From an uncultured Gemmatimonadaceae bacterium (GTDB lineage Bacteria; Gemmatimonadota; Gemmatimonadetes; Gemmatimonadales; Gemmatimonadaceae), in contig CAWHHI010000011.1 in NCBI GenBank assembly GCA_963829055.1, forward strand, positions 631,384-695,383: DNA of 64,000 nucleotides. Direction: 5' to 3'. Both the position numbers and the translations under genes were made by a program. Position 1 is the stretch's first letter. Each line of letters starts with the position of its first letter. Shown piece after piece: positions 55,146 to 64,000 of the stretch. Below the pieces are notes generated by a model. It had not been told where the DNA came from and ran no database searches. It saw only the letters and a list, made by a program, of their open reading frames with translations.

Positions 55146-56814
55146 ATGAGCTCGCGTGCGCCTTCCGGAAGTGACCGACTGCGTCGACTCTGGTCCACCC
55201 GACTGTGGATCCTGTCCGTCGTGCTTGGCGCGATGACGGTGTTTGCCGGCGTGTCCACCATCCACGACGGGGGCCAGCAGCGCACGACGCTCAGCCTCGT
55301 GACGCAGGCGACGGCCATGCACCTGTCGGCGCTCGCGAGCGCGCGGCTCGAGCGACTTGCGTTCGAGGCATTCGCGCCAGCGGGCCCCATCGCGGCGTCA
55401 CCACCCGCCCCCGGCTATCGGGCAAGCCACGATCGATCTGCTCGTACGACGTCAACGCGATGGCATCGCGTGCGCGTGTCGCGAGGTGCTCCCCGTGTCG
55501 CACTTCTTCCACTACGACGCGGTGCGCCGCACACTCGATATCGCGGCTGTCGACAGCCAGGCGCGCTCCGCAGGCCCGGACGAACGAATACTCACCGAGA
55601 TCGCGCGCCGTGAAGCCGAGGCGGATCGCGCGATCAGCAACTCGGCGTCGCGCATCATCGCTGACGATCGTCTCGGCACGAACGGCGTGGTGGCGCTCGT
55701 CCAGCGGGACGACCGCGGCACCGCGCTCGCGGTGTACGGCATGGTCGCCAACATGCACGACGCACTGTCGGCGCTCTTCGAGCGCTCCCCGCAGCGCTCG
55801 GCGATCGATTCCGCGGGCCTCACCCGACTCGACTCGTTGTCGCTCGAGGTCCGGGCGGTGAACGGTGAAGTGTTGTTCGGCACGCTCGGTACGGGACGCG
55901 CGCGCGGAGTCGTTCACCTCGGGGGCCCGCTGCGCGGTCTCCAGCTCACGATCGCCATCACGCCTCGACTCGTCGCGTCACCGCTGCTCGAGCCTCACTC
56001 GCCGCTTCGACTCTGGCATCTCGGCGCTCTCCTCGCGGCGACGATCGTCGTGCTGACGGTCGCGGCGACCGCGTCGCGTCGCGAGCTGTTGCTCGCGCGA
56101 GCGCGATCGGATTTCATTGCCGGTGTGTCGCACGACCTGCGCATGCCGCTGGCGCAGATTCTCATCGCGAGCGAGACGCTGACGCTCCAGCGGGAGCGCA
56201 ATGAGAACGAACGGTTGTCGCTCGCGAGCTCCATCGTGCGCGAGACGCGGCGGCTCATGGCGCTCGTCGACAACGTGCTGTTGTTCTCGCGCTCGGGCGC
56301 CGTGGAGCTCGAGCCGATGCTGCGAGCCGTACCGGTTGGCGAGTTACTGAGCGAGACGACGGATGCCGTCAGGCTTGCGGTCGAGGACGCGGGGCAGACC
56401 ATTCGCGTCGCGCAGAGTACGACGCAGATGGTGATGGGTGACCGTCGACTCGTCAGGCAGGCTCTCGTGAACCTGGTGGACAACGCGCTCAAGTACGGCG
56501 CGCCGGGCCAGCGAATCACGCTCGGAGCCGAACAGTCCGGGACGACCGTTCGCCTGACCGTGCAGGACGAAGGGCCTGGCATACCCGAGTCGGAGCGCGA
56601 CCGCATCTTCGAGCCATACGCGCGCCTCGACCACGATCAGGTCTCCGAGCGGACCGGCTCGGGACTCGGGCTCGCGGTCGTGCGACAGATCGCGGAGGCG
56701 TGCAAGGGACGCGTCTGGGTCGAGGCAGCGCCTGGCCGGGGCGCACGCGCCGTCATGGAGCTGCAGGCAGCGCCGACGATGGAGCCGTTCGCGGCGACAC
56801 CGGAGATCGCCTAG
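55146..56814 (+). CDS. Two-TM sensor histidine kinase (HisKA + HATPase), frameshift near 55410
   Basis: VSHDLRMPL, NLVDNALKY, DEGPGI and GSGLGL. Confidence 0.9.
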
Positions 56815-56838
56815 TGCCTAACGCGTCGTGACCATCTC

Positions 56839-57522
56839 GTGAGCAGTATCCTGCTGATCGAGGACAATCGCGACTACGCCGCGACGCTGTCCGCGAATCT
56901 GGAGCGCGAGGGATACGACGTGACCGTCGCCGCGAACGGCGTCGACGGACTCGCGCTCGCGAAGCGCGACGAGCCGGACCTGATCATCCTCGATCTCATG
57001 CTTCCGGCCATGAACGGCTTTACCGTGCTGCAGCGGCTTCGCGACGAGGGACGCGAGGCGCCGGTGCTCATCATGACGGCGCTCAGCACGGAGGAAGAGA
57101 AGCTCCGCGGGTTCGGCCTCGGCGCGGACGACTACGTGGTCAAGCCATGCGGCCTGCTCGAGATTCTCGCGCGTGTGCGCGCGCTGCTCAAGCGGGCCAC
57201 CGCGGGCTCGGCCGCCCCGAAGTCGGAGGTTCGCGTGGCCGACCTGTCGATCGATTTCGGCGCCCGGCTTGTTCGACGCGGCGATGCCGAGATCGCTCTC
57301 AGGCCGAAGGAGTTCGACCTGCTCGCGGCGCTGGTGCGGCATCGTGGACGCGTGGTGTCGCGCGCCGACTTGCTGCGCGAGGTCTGGGGTTACGCGGCGG
57401 GGACGGAGAGTCGGACGGTGGAGACGCACCTGGCGGCGTTGCGCGAGCGACTCGGCGACGACCCGCAGGCGCCGAGGTATATCGTCACCGTCAGGCGCGC
57501 GGGGTACCGACTCGGGGCGTGA
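56839..57522 (+). CDS. OmpR-family response regulator
   Basis: ILLIEDN, LDLMLP, GADDYVVKP and SRTVETH...TVRRAGYR. Confidence 0.95.
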   Translation: MSSILLIEDNRDYAATLSANLEREGYDVTVAANGVDGLALAKRDEPDLIILDLMLPAMNGFTVLQRLRDEGREAPVLIMTALSTEEEKLRGFGLGADDYVVKPCGLLEILARVRALLKRATAGSAAPKSEVRVADLSIDFGARLVRRGDAEIALRPKEFDLLAALVRHRGRVVSRADLLREVWGYAAGTESRTVETHLAALRERLGDDPQAPRYIVTVRRAGYRLGA

Positions 57523-57524
57523 AG

Positions 57525-57907
57525 CGGGCGGATAGCGGACGGCGGATGGCGGATGGCGGAGAGAAGGCGTTGTCATCCCGAGCGGCAGCGTTGTCATCCC
57601 GAGCATCCGCGAGGGATCTTCTCGAACGTCATTGTGGCCGGATCGGCTACGTCCGCTGAGCCGACACGGGAAAGGCCACGGCAACAGCAAAAGACAGGAT
57701 TGCCGGGATTGGCAGGATTAACGGGATGTCGCATGGACGGCCGCGATCCGCCTGCCGGTAATCCTGTCAATCATGCAATCCTGTCTGCTGTTCGTGGTTG
57801 TCCCGAGGAGCGGCAGCGACGAGGGACCCACTTTGAACTACTCGCGGCCGGACCGGCTACGATCACAGCACAGAAGCTCCCTCGTCGCTGACGCTCCTCG
57901 GGATGAC
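57525..57907. repeat. Composite mosaic repeat, copy 3, preceded by GGCGGAT heptamer repeats
   Basis: Same module order as the copies at 30437 and 54398. Confidence 0.85.
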
Positions 57908-57909
57908 GC

Positions 57910-59901
57910 CTAACGTGCCGTCAGCCCTGCCCCGACCAGCAGCTCGCCCATTTCCAGCGCGTTCGTCGTCGCATAGTTCGCGTGGTTGTTGTTGAACAGC
58001 ACGTGAACGCCCTGGTGCTGCTTTGCAATGTCGACGATCGGCAGCGTCCATGTGCCGAGCTGCCGCTCGTCGTAGAGATAGCGATAGCGCTCGGACACGA
58101 CGTCGTTCCGCCGTTCCCACGTCTCCGCCCGGCGCCCGTGGAGCCGCACGACCGCGAGCTCAGGCGACGTGATGCCCACCGTCGGTGGAACGCTGCTGTC
58201 CATTCCCTGCGGAGCGTCGACGATGACGTACGCGAGCCCCAGCTCTTCGAGCAGCGCGAACGTCCGGTCGGCGACTCGACCCGTCATCCAACCACGTTGC
58301 CGGAACTCCACGGCGCCTAACGTCGTTCCGAGCCGGCGCCGAGCGTCTCGAATCGCCTCCGCGCTTTCCCGAGACGGCTTGAACCACGGTGGAAACTGCA
58401 GGAGCACCGCGCCGAGCTTGTTGGCCGATCGTAACGGCTCGAGCGCGTCGAGGAACACTCGCCACAGCTCGTCGATGATCTCTGGCGGCAGCACGCCCGG
58501 GAACACGCGGGACGCGCTGCGCAGTCGTTGCGGCAGCGCCTTCGCGATCCACGGCGGCAATCGGCTCACCTCTGTGCCGTGTCCGGTCATGAGCGCGTGC
58601 GCCTTGATGTCGAACATGAAGTACGGCGGTGTTCGCTCCACCCACCGCTCCGCCATCGAGCGCGTGGGCAGCGCGTAATACGTCGCATCGACCTCCACGA
58701 GCGAGAACCGCGACGCGTAGTAGCGCAGTCGTGTTTCCGGCGTCGTCGCATCGGCCGGGTAGAACACGCCCGGCTCCGTCAATGACGGGTCGGTCCACCC
58801 GGCGACACCAATCCGCACGCGTCCTCCGTTCGGATGCGTGAGACCACGTGGAGCTGGAACGTGTACACGACGCTCACGCTCGATCGCCGCGAAGGCGCCG
58901 GGATCGTGAAGCGGATCGGCGGTGGTAGTCGTCGACTTCTGCGCGTCCCTGACGCGGATCTCCGTCTCACGCCTCGTGAGCCCCGCACCGGTGTGCAACG
59001 CGCGCGCGAACGCTGCCGGGTCGGCGGTGGGGCCCTGCCCTTCGAGCTCGGGCGGCAACGTCTCGGGCGCGCGCAGCGTTTCGGCGAGCATCTGGGTCAC
59101 GCGACGCGGCGCGTCACGCGCGAGGCTCCCAATGAGCTCGGCCTCCGGTAACAACGCCCAGTACTGCCGCGGCATCTCGGCTCGCATCGCACCGAGGTTG
59201 AGACGCGCGGGATTGAAGATGTGCGCGTAGTACGTGCGCCACAGCGCCTCGAGCTCGTCACCAGTGGGAGCCATTGCCCGCGACACGCCGGGCGTGATGC
59301 ATAACGTCTCGCGATCCCAGTGCGCACACGCATCGGGCGTCAGCAGCGACCACTTCATCGACGGAAATCGCTGGGCGAAGAACGGTGCTGTGCGCTCGAC
59401 GACGCGGTGTGCGGGCTCGAACCACGCGACGTACGCCGGATCGCTGCCGTCCCCGCCACTCGTCCTGCGGAAGCGGACGAACGCCTTCATCTTGTGCGCG
59501 GCCCGCCGTACGGCACGGTCCATGGCGCCTAACGCATGTACGGCCGGGTCGGTGACGACGTCGAGCACGTGCGGCTCATTGCCGACGAGCCGCCAGAGCA
59601 CCTGGTAGAGCGTTGCCCATCGCTCGGGAGATCGGTGGCACGACACACTCGCGGCGAGCCGAAGGAAATTGCGCGACACGCGCAGCTCGTCCGTGCCCGA
59701 CTGCGTCGCGCCGGCTTCGAGAGATGACGGCGTCAGCAACGCGAGCCCTTCGAGACTTGGTTGCGGGTCGTCCGCCGGCTCCCACGTAACTGTTTCGGGA
59801 TGCACGCCATCGCGCAGCAGGTCGCGCGCTATCATCCGCCAGCCGTCGAACGTGGGCGCGAACCGAACCGTTCGGCCGACGCGAGCCGCGCGCGCGGTCA
59901 C
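57910..59901 (-). CDS. Fusion of TIGR03915/DUF4130 putative DNA repair domain and DUF72 domain
   Basis: N-half: HKMKAFVRFR, YVAWFEPAH, PFFAQRF and LWRTYYAHIFNPARL...EMP..YW..LPE; C-half: IGVAGW, YYASRFSLVEVDATYY, LLQFPP, AVEFR, VRLHGR, YLY and FNN. Confidence 0.88.
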   Translation of the reverse strand: MTARAARVGRTVRFAPTFDGWRMIARDLLRDGVHPETVTWEPADDPQPSLEGLALLTPSSLEAGATQSGTDELRVSRNFLRLAASVSCHRSPERWATLYQVLWRLVGNEPHVLDVVTDPAVHALGAMDRAVRRAAHKMKAFVRFRRTSGGDGSDPAYVAWFEPAHRVVERTAPFFAQRFPSMKWSLLTPDACAHWDRETLCITPGVSRAMAPTGDELEALWRTYYAHIFNPARLNLGAMRAEMPRQYWALLPEAELIGSLARDAPRRVTQMLAETLRAPETLPPELEGQGPTADPAAFARALHTGAGLTRRETEIRVRDAQKSTTTTADPLHDPGAFAAIERERRVHVPAPRGLTHPNGGRVRIGVAGWTDPSLTEPGVFYPADATTPETRLRYYASRFSLVEVDATYYALPTRSMAERWVERTPPYFMFDIKAHALMTGHGTEVSRLPPWIAKALPQRLRSASRVFPGVLPPEIIDELWRVFLDALEPLRSANKLGAVLLQFPPWFKPSRESAEAIRDARRRLGTTLGAVEFRQRGWMTGRVADRTFALLEELGLAYVIVDAPQGMDSSVPPTVGITSPELAVVRLHGRRAETWERRNDVVSERYRYLYDERQLGTWTLPIVDIAKQHQGVHVLFNNNHANYATTNALEMGELLVGAGLTAR

Positions 59902-61178
59902 AACTCTCCGCTGTGAGCCGAGCGGCTGATGGCGAACATGTCGAGCTGTGAGCGGTTCGTGATGCGCTCCCGCAGGTCGAGCGCGTCAGGCAGTCCGCGC
60001 GGCGAATGATCGACGACTACGATGAACGGCAGCGCTCGCCGGAGCGCGATTCGCAGGCGACCGAGATCGTCCATGCGCAGGCGACGCCAGCGCCTAACGG
60101 TGAGAATGCGCTCGACGCTGCGCACGCCGATGCCTGGGACGCGCAGCAGGTCGGTCTTATCGGCGTGGTTCAGATCGATCGGAAAGCGGTCGCGGTTCCG
60201 CAGTGCCCAGGCGAGCTTCGGGTCGATCGCGAGGTCCAGATTCGGCGACTCGACCGTCGTCAGCTCGGGGGCCTTGAACCCATAGAAGCGCATGAGCCAG
60301 TCGGCCTGGTAGAGCCGGTGCTCGCGGACGAGCGGTGGCGCGATCGCGGGAAGCGACGAGGACGCATCGGGGATAGGGCTGAACGCGGAGAAGTAGACGC
60401 GGCGCAGCTTCTGTCCGCGGTAGAGTGCGGATGCCGTGTCCAGGATGACGGCATCGGGCGCATCCGTCGCCCCGACGATCATCTGCGTCGCCTGTCCCGC
60501 CGGCGCGAAGGCGGGAGCCTTCGCGGAGCCGGGGCCGAGCCTAACGCTGGCATCACCCGCTGGTCGATCGGCGCGCGACTCCGTGATCCCGTCGCGGATG
60601 ACACCCATCGCTCGGCGGATCTGAGTCAGGGCCTTCTCGGGCGCGAGCGCATCGAGGTCGCTCTGGCGCGGCAGCTCGACGTTGATGCTGAGTCGATCCG
60701 CCCAGCGCCCGGCCTCCCGGATGAGCTCCGGCGCCGCGTTAGGGATCGTCTTGAGATGGATGTAGCCGCCGAACTGGTGCGTCTCGCGGAGGGTACGTGC
60801 AACCGCGATGAGCTGCTCCATCGTGTAGTCGGAATCGCGGATGATTCCGGAGCTCAGGAACAAGCCTTCGATGTAGTTGCGGCGGTAGAACTCGAGCGTG
60901 AGCCACACGACATCGTCCGGCGTGAAGCGCGCGCGACGCACGCCACTCGACCGGCGATTGATGCAGTACGCGCAGTCGTAGATGCAGAAGTTCGTGAGGA
61001 GCAGCTTGAGCAGCGACACACATCGCCCGTCGGGCGTGTAGCTGTGGCAGATGCCCATGCCGTCCGTGGACCCGATGCCACCCGGACCGGCGCGCCTGCC
61101 ACGTGATCCGCTGCTGGCGCAGGACGCGTCGTACTTCGCGGCGTCCGCGAGGATCGAGAGTTTTTCGTCCAGGTTCAT
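59898..61178 (-). CDS. Putative DNA modification/repair radical SAM protein (TIGR03916-type)
   Basis: KLSILADAAKYDASC, GICHS, CIYDCAYC (CxxxCxxC), YIEGLFLSSG, REHRLYQADWLMRFYGF and C-terminal HhH LLRVPGIG; GTGA overlap with the next gene. Confidence 0.95.
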   Translation of the reverse strand: MNLDEKLSILADAAKYDASCASSGSRGRRAGPGGIGSTDGMGICHSYTPDGRCVSLLKLLLTNFCIYDCAYCINRRSSGVRRARFTPDDVVWLTLEFYRRNYIEGLFLSSGIIRDSDYTMEQLIAVARTLRETHQFGGYIHLKTIPNAAPELIREAGRWADRLSINVELPRQSDLDALAPEKALTQIRRAMGVIRDGITESRADRPAGDASVRLGPGSAKAPAFAPAGQATQMIVGATDAPDAVILDTASALYRGQKLRRVYFSAFSPIPDASSSLPAIAPPLVREHRLYQADWLMRFYGFKAPELTTVESPNLDLAIDPKLAWALRNRDRFPIDLNHADKTDLLRVPGIGVRSVERILTVRRWRRLRMDDLGRLRIALRRALPFIVVVDHSPRGLPDALDLRERITNRSQLDMFAISRSAHSGEL

Positions 61179-61250
61179 TCGGTGCGGCTCCGGCGTCGTC
61201 GCCTTGAGCACCGAAGATATGCCGAAGCACGGGCGAAAGCCAGCGCCGTC

Positions 61251-61393
61251 TGTCATTCCGAGCGAGCGGCAGCGAGTCGAGGAATCGCGCGGTGTCCCGG
61301 TAGAGGGCCCCTCTACCTGTACGGTCGCGATTCCTCGACTGCGCCCGGCCTGCTCGGATGACAATTCGACTCCTTCGCTCGCTCGGAATGACA
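61251..61393. repeat. REP/REPIN-like element, type A
   Basis: TGTCATTCCGAGCG...GTAGAGGGCCCCTCTAC...GCTCGGAATGACA. Confidence 0.88.
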
Positions 61394-61483
61394 GATCCGC
61401 CACGCGCGTGACTGCGCGGGCCGCGCGCGAGTTGACTCCAGTCGGGACACGAGATTCACTGAATCCCCTGCCTTCCTGCTCCC

Positions 61484-63954
61484 ATGCCGCTTATAGCCGA
61501 CGTCGCACTCGCCGCGCGAAGTCTGCGCAAACATCGCGGCTTCGTGGCTTCCGTCATCGCCACGCTCGGTATCGCCGTGGCCGCGAGCACCACGATCGCG
61601 CTCGTCGCCGACCAGGCGTTGCTGCGTCCGCTTCCCTATCGCGACCCATCGCGAGTCCTGATCCTCTGGGAGAAGGCGGATGGCGGAGACCGCCGACTCC
61701 CTGCCTATCTCACCTTCCTCGACTGGCAGCGCACTTCGCGTGCATTCGCCTCGCTCGCCTACGCGCGAGGGAGACTCGACGTGCTTGCGACACGTGAGGG
61801 GCCGGTGCGCGCGACGACGGCGTTCGTATCGCCCGGCTACATGGCGACGTTAGGCGCCACGCCCATGCTGGGCCGGTTCTTCACGGCCGAGGAGGAGACA
61901 GCCGGCCGCGGAGACGCGGTCGTCCTCTCCGAGGGGTTCTGGCGCTCACAGTTCGGTGGTGACCCTTCGGTCATCGGCACGTCCGTGACGATCAGTGGCC
62001 GCGTCGTCACGATCATCGGCGTGCTGTCCAGATCGATGGGCTACCCGCTCTGGGGTGACATGTGGCGCCCGATCAGCGCGATCGCCGACGTCGACAAGGC
62101 GCTCGCGTCGCGGCACCACCATACGGATAGCCGAGTGCTCGGGCGACTACGCGAAGGGGTCACGCCGGCCGCGGCCATGACCGAGCTCGCGACCATCGAG
62201 CGTGGCCTCGCGAGCTCGTACGGCGAGCACGGTGCCGATTGGACCGGAGCGGACTTCAAGACGATCGACTGGGAGTTCGTCGGCAATGCGGCTCCCGCGT
62301 TAGGTACGCTGGCCGGTGCCGTCGCGCTCACGCTGCTCGTGGCCTGCGTGAACGTAGCGACGCTGCTTCTGCTTCGCGCATTCGCACGCGAACGGGAATT
62401 CGCGATCCGCGCGGCACTCGGTGCGGGCCGAGCGCGCCTGGTGCGCCTGACGCTCGTGGAGACCGGGCGTGCTGGGTGTCGGAGCGATGATGCTGGCAGC
62501 GCTGCTGACGTGGGGCGGGCTGACGCTGATTCGCACAACGGCCCCCGCCTCGGTGCCCCGCACGAGTGAGCTCGTGTTCGACGCCCGCGCGTTCGCGCTC
62601 GTCTCGGGCCTAACGACTCTCGCGGTGCTGATCGCCGCATCCGCTCCCGTCCTGCGTTCGCTCCGAGGCGGCGGCATCGAGGCGTTGCGCGCGGGTTGGC
62701 AGCCCACGTCAGGCGGGCGAAGCGGCAGCCGCTGGCGCGCAACGCTGGTGACGACTCAGCTGGCGCTTGCCCTGACGCTCATCACAGGCGCCACGCTGTT
62801 GCTCGAGAGCTTCCGCAAGCTCCGCGAGGTAGACCTCGGCTTCGATAGCGAACGGCTCGCCGCATTCTGGATCTCACCGCCCACGCCCAAGTACGACGCG
62901 CCCGAACAGGCGGCCGCGCTCTATCAGCGTGTGCAGCAGGCGGCGACCGCCGTTCCCGGCGTCGAGGACGCCGCGATCGTCAACCACATCCCACTGGGCG
63001 GCGGCTACGTGGTGACGAACGTCGCGGTGCCCGGCCGTACGGCAGCGTCCGACGGTTCGGACGCGGCGATCTACAAGACTGTCTCGGAGAATTACCTCCG
63101 CGTTATGAAGGGGCGACTGCTGCACGGCCGCTGGTTCAGCGAGGCGGACATTCGCGGGTCTGGCAACGGCGTCGTCATCAACGAGCGGTTCGCGAAGCAT
63201 TTCTGGCCCGACAGGGATCCGGTCGGTCAGCCACTCACCGTCTATCGATCGTCGCAGGCGCGTCCGGGCTATGGGACGCCGCAGCCGAGTGTCGTGGTGG
63301 GCGTGATCGCCGACATGCATCACCTCTCCGTGGCCGACGATGCGGTCGAGGAGGTGTACGTGCCGTACACGCGCGAGGTGTGGCCGGGCATCGCGCTGCT
63401 GATCCGCACGCGCGGTGATTCGCGCTCGGTCGAGCGGCAGCTGCGGAGAGCGATGCTGGCGATCGAACCCGACCTGCCCGTGAACGGCAGTGCGAGCTGG
63501 CGGAGCTTCGAGCCCATCGGTGACAACGTCGCGCGCGCGCTGGCACCGAGGAAAACGGTCATGGGATTGGTGCTGGCGTTCGCGGTCGCGGCGCTCGCTC
63601 TCGCGGCGATCGGCGTGTACGGCGTCACGGCGTTCGGCGTCGCGCAGCGCAGGCGTGAGTTCGGGATTCGGCTGGCGCTCGGCGCGACGTCGCGCAACGT
63701 GATCGCGCTCGTGCTGCGCCAGAGCGCGACGTTCGCCGCGGTCGGTGCGCTGATCGGCGTGGCGGGGGCGTTCGCGCTCGCGCGGGTGCTGCGTGCGTCG
63801 CTCGATTCGGTGCTCGTATCGCACGTCGCCGTTCGCGGTCGTCCCGATCGTCGTTGCGGCGGTGGTGCTCGGCGGTGTGGCGGTCGCTGCGGCGTTCGCG
63901 CCGGCGCGGCGAGCGGGTGGGGTGGATCCGATGGTGGCGTTGAGAGCTGATTAG
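61484..63954 (+). CDS. ADOP-type duplicated ABC permease (frameshifts near 62465 and 63820)
   Basis: LLRPLPYRDP, LVACVNVA, REFAIRAALGA, QLALAL, REFGIRLALGA and PARRA..VDPMVALRAD*. Confidence 0.92.
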
Positions 63955-64000
63955 GCCTTAGGAAGGAGGCCGTAGGAAGGAGGCGGACGGCGGAGGGCGG

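Noticed and set aside
27015..55450. Cluster of pseudogenes or programmed frameshifting
   Set aside because: Indels affect unrelated genes indiscriminately, show no common slippery motif and leave catalytic motifs intact; sequencing error is more parsimonious.
1..64000. tRNA, rRNA, transposase, integrase or prophage genes
   Set aside because: No supporting motifs seen; small ncRNAs cannot be excluded without covariance searches.

Overview
GC-rich bacterial chromosome segment. Gene content (ADOP permeases with PadR, Ser/Thr kinase-TolB-TPR, PorV-like barrel, TonB receptor, many secreted peptidases) suggests Gemmatimonadota; this is an inference, not a search result. There are about 40 protein-coding genes and no rRNA, tRNA, CRISPR array or transposase that I can see. 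Many genes are split by single-base indels, densest at about 27-56 kb, most likely uncorrected long-read errors. Main observations: (1) a four-gene signalling cassette at 7.7-10.1 kb (102-aa protein with a C-terminal PCPPFC motif, about 7-TM membrane protein, sensor-less 1-TM histidine kinase, NarL regulator); (2) a non-palindromic CCTAAC(G)/(C)GTTAGG motif seen about once per kb on both strands, written into coding sequence with rare codons; (3) a DNA-repair radical SAM gene coupled to a DUF4130-DUF72 fusion in place of the usual UdgX partner; (4) several families of long intergenic hairpin elements, one with compensatory base changes between copies; (5) an Hhe-like DUF4011 helicase-nuclease. 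All family assignments come from reading motifs by eye.
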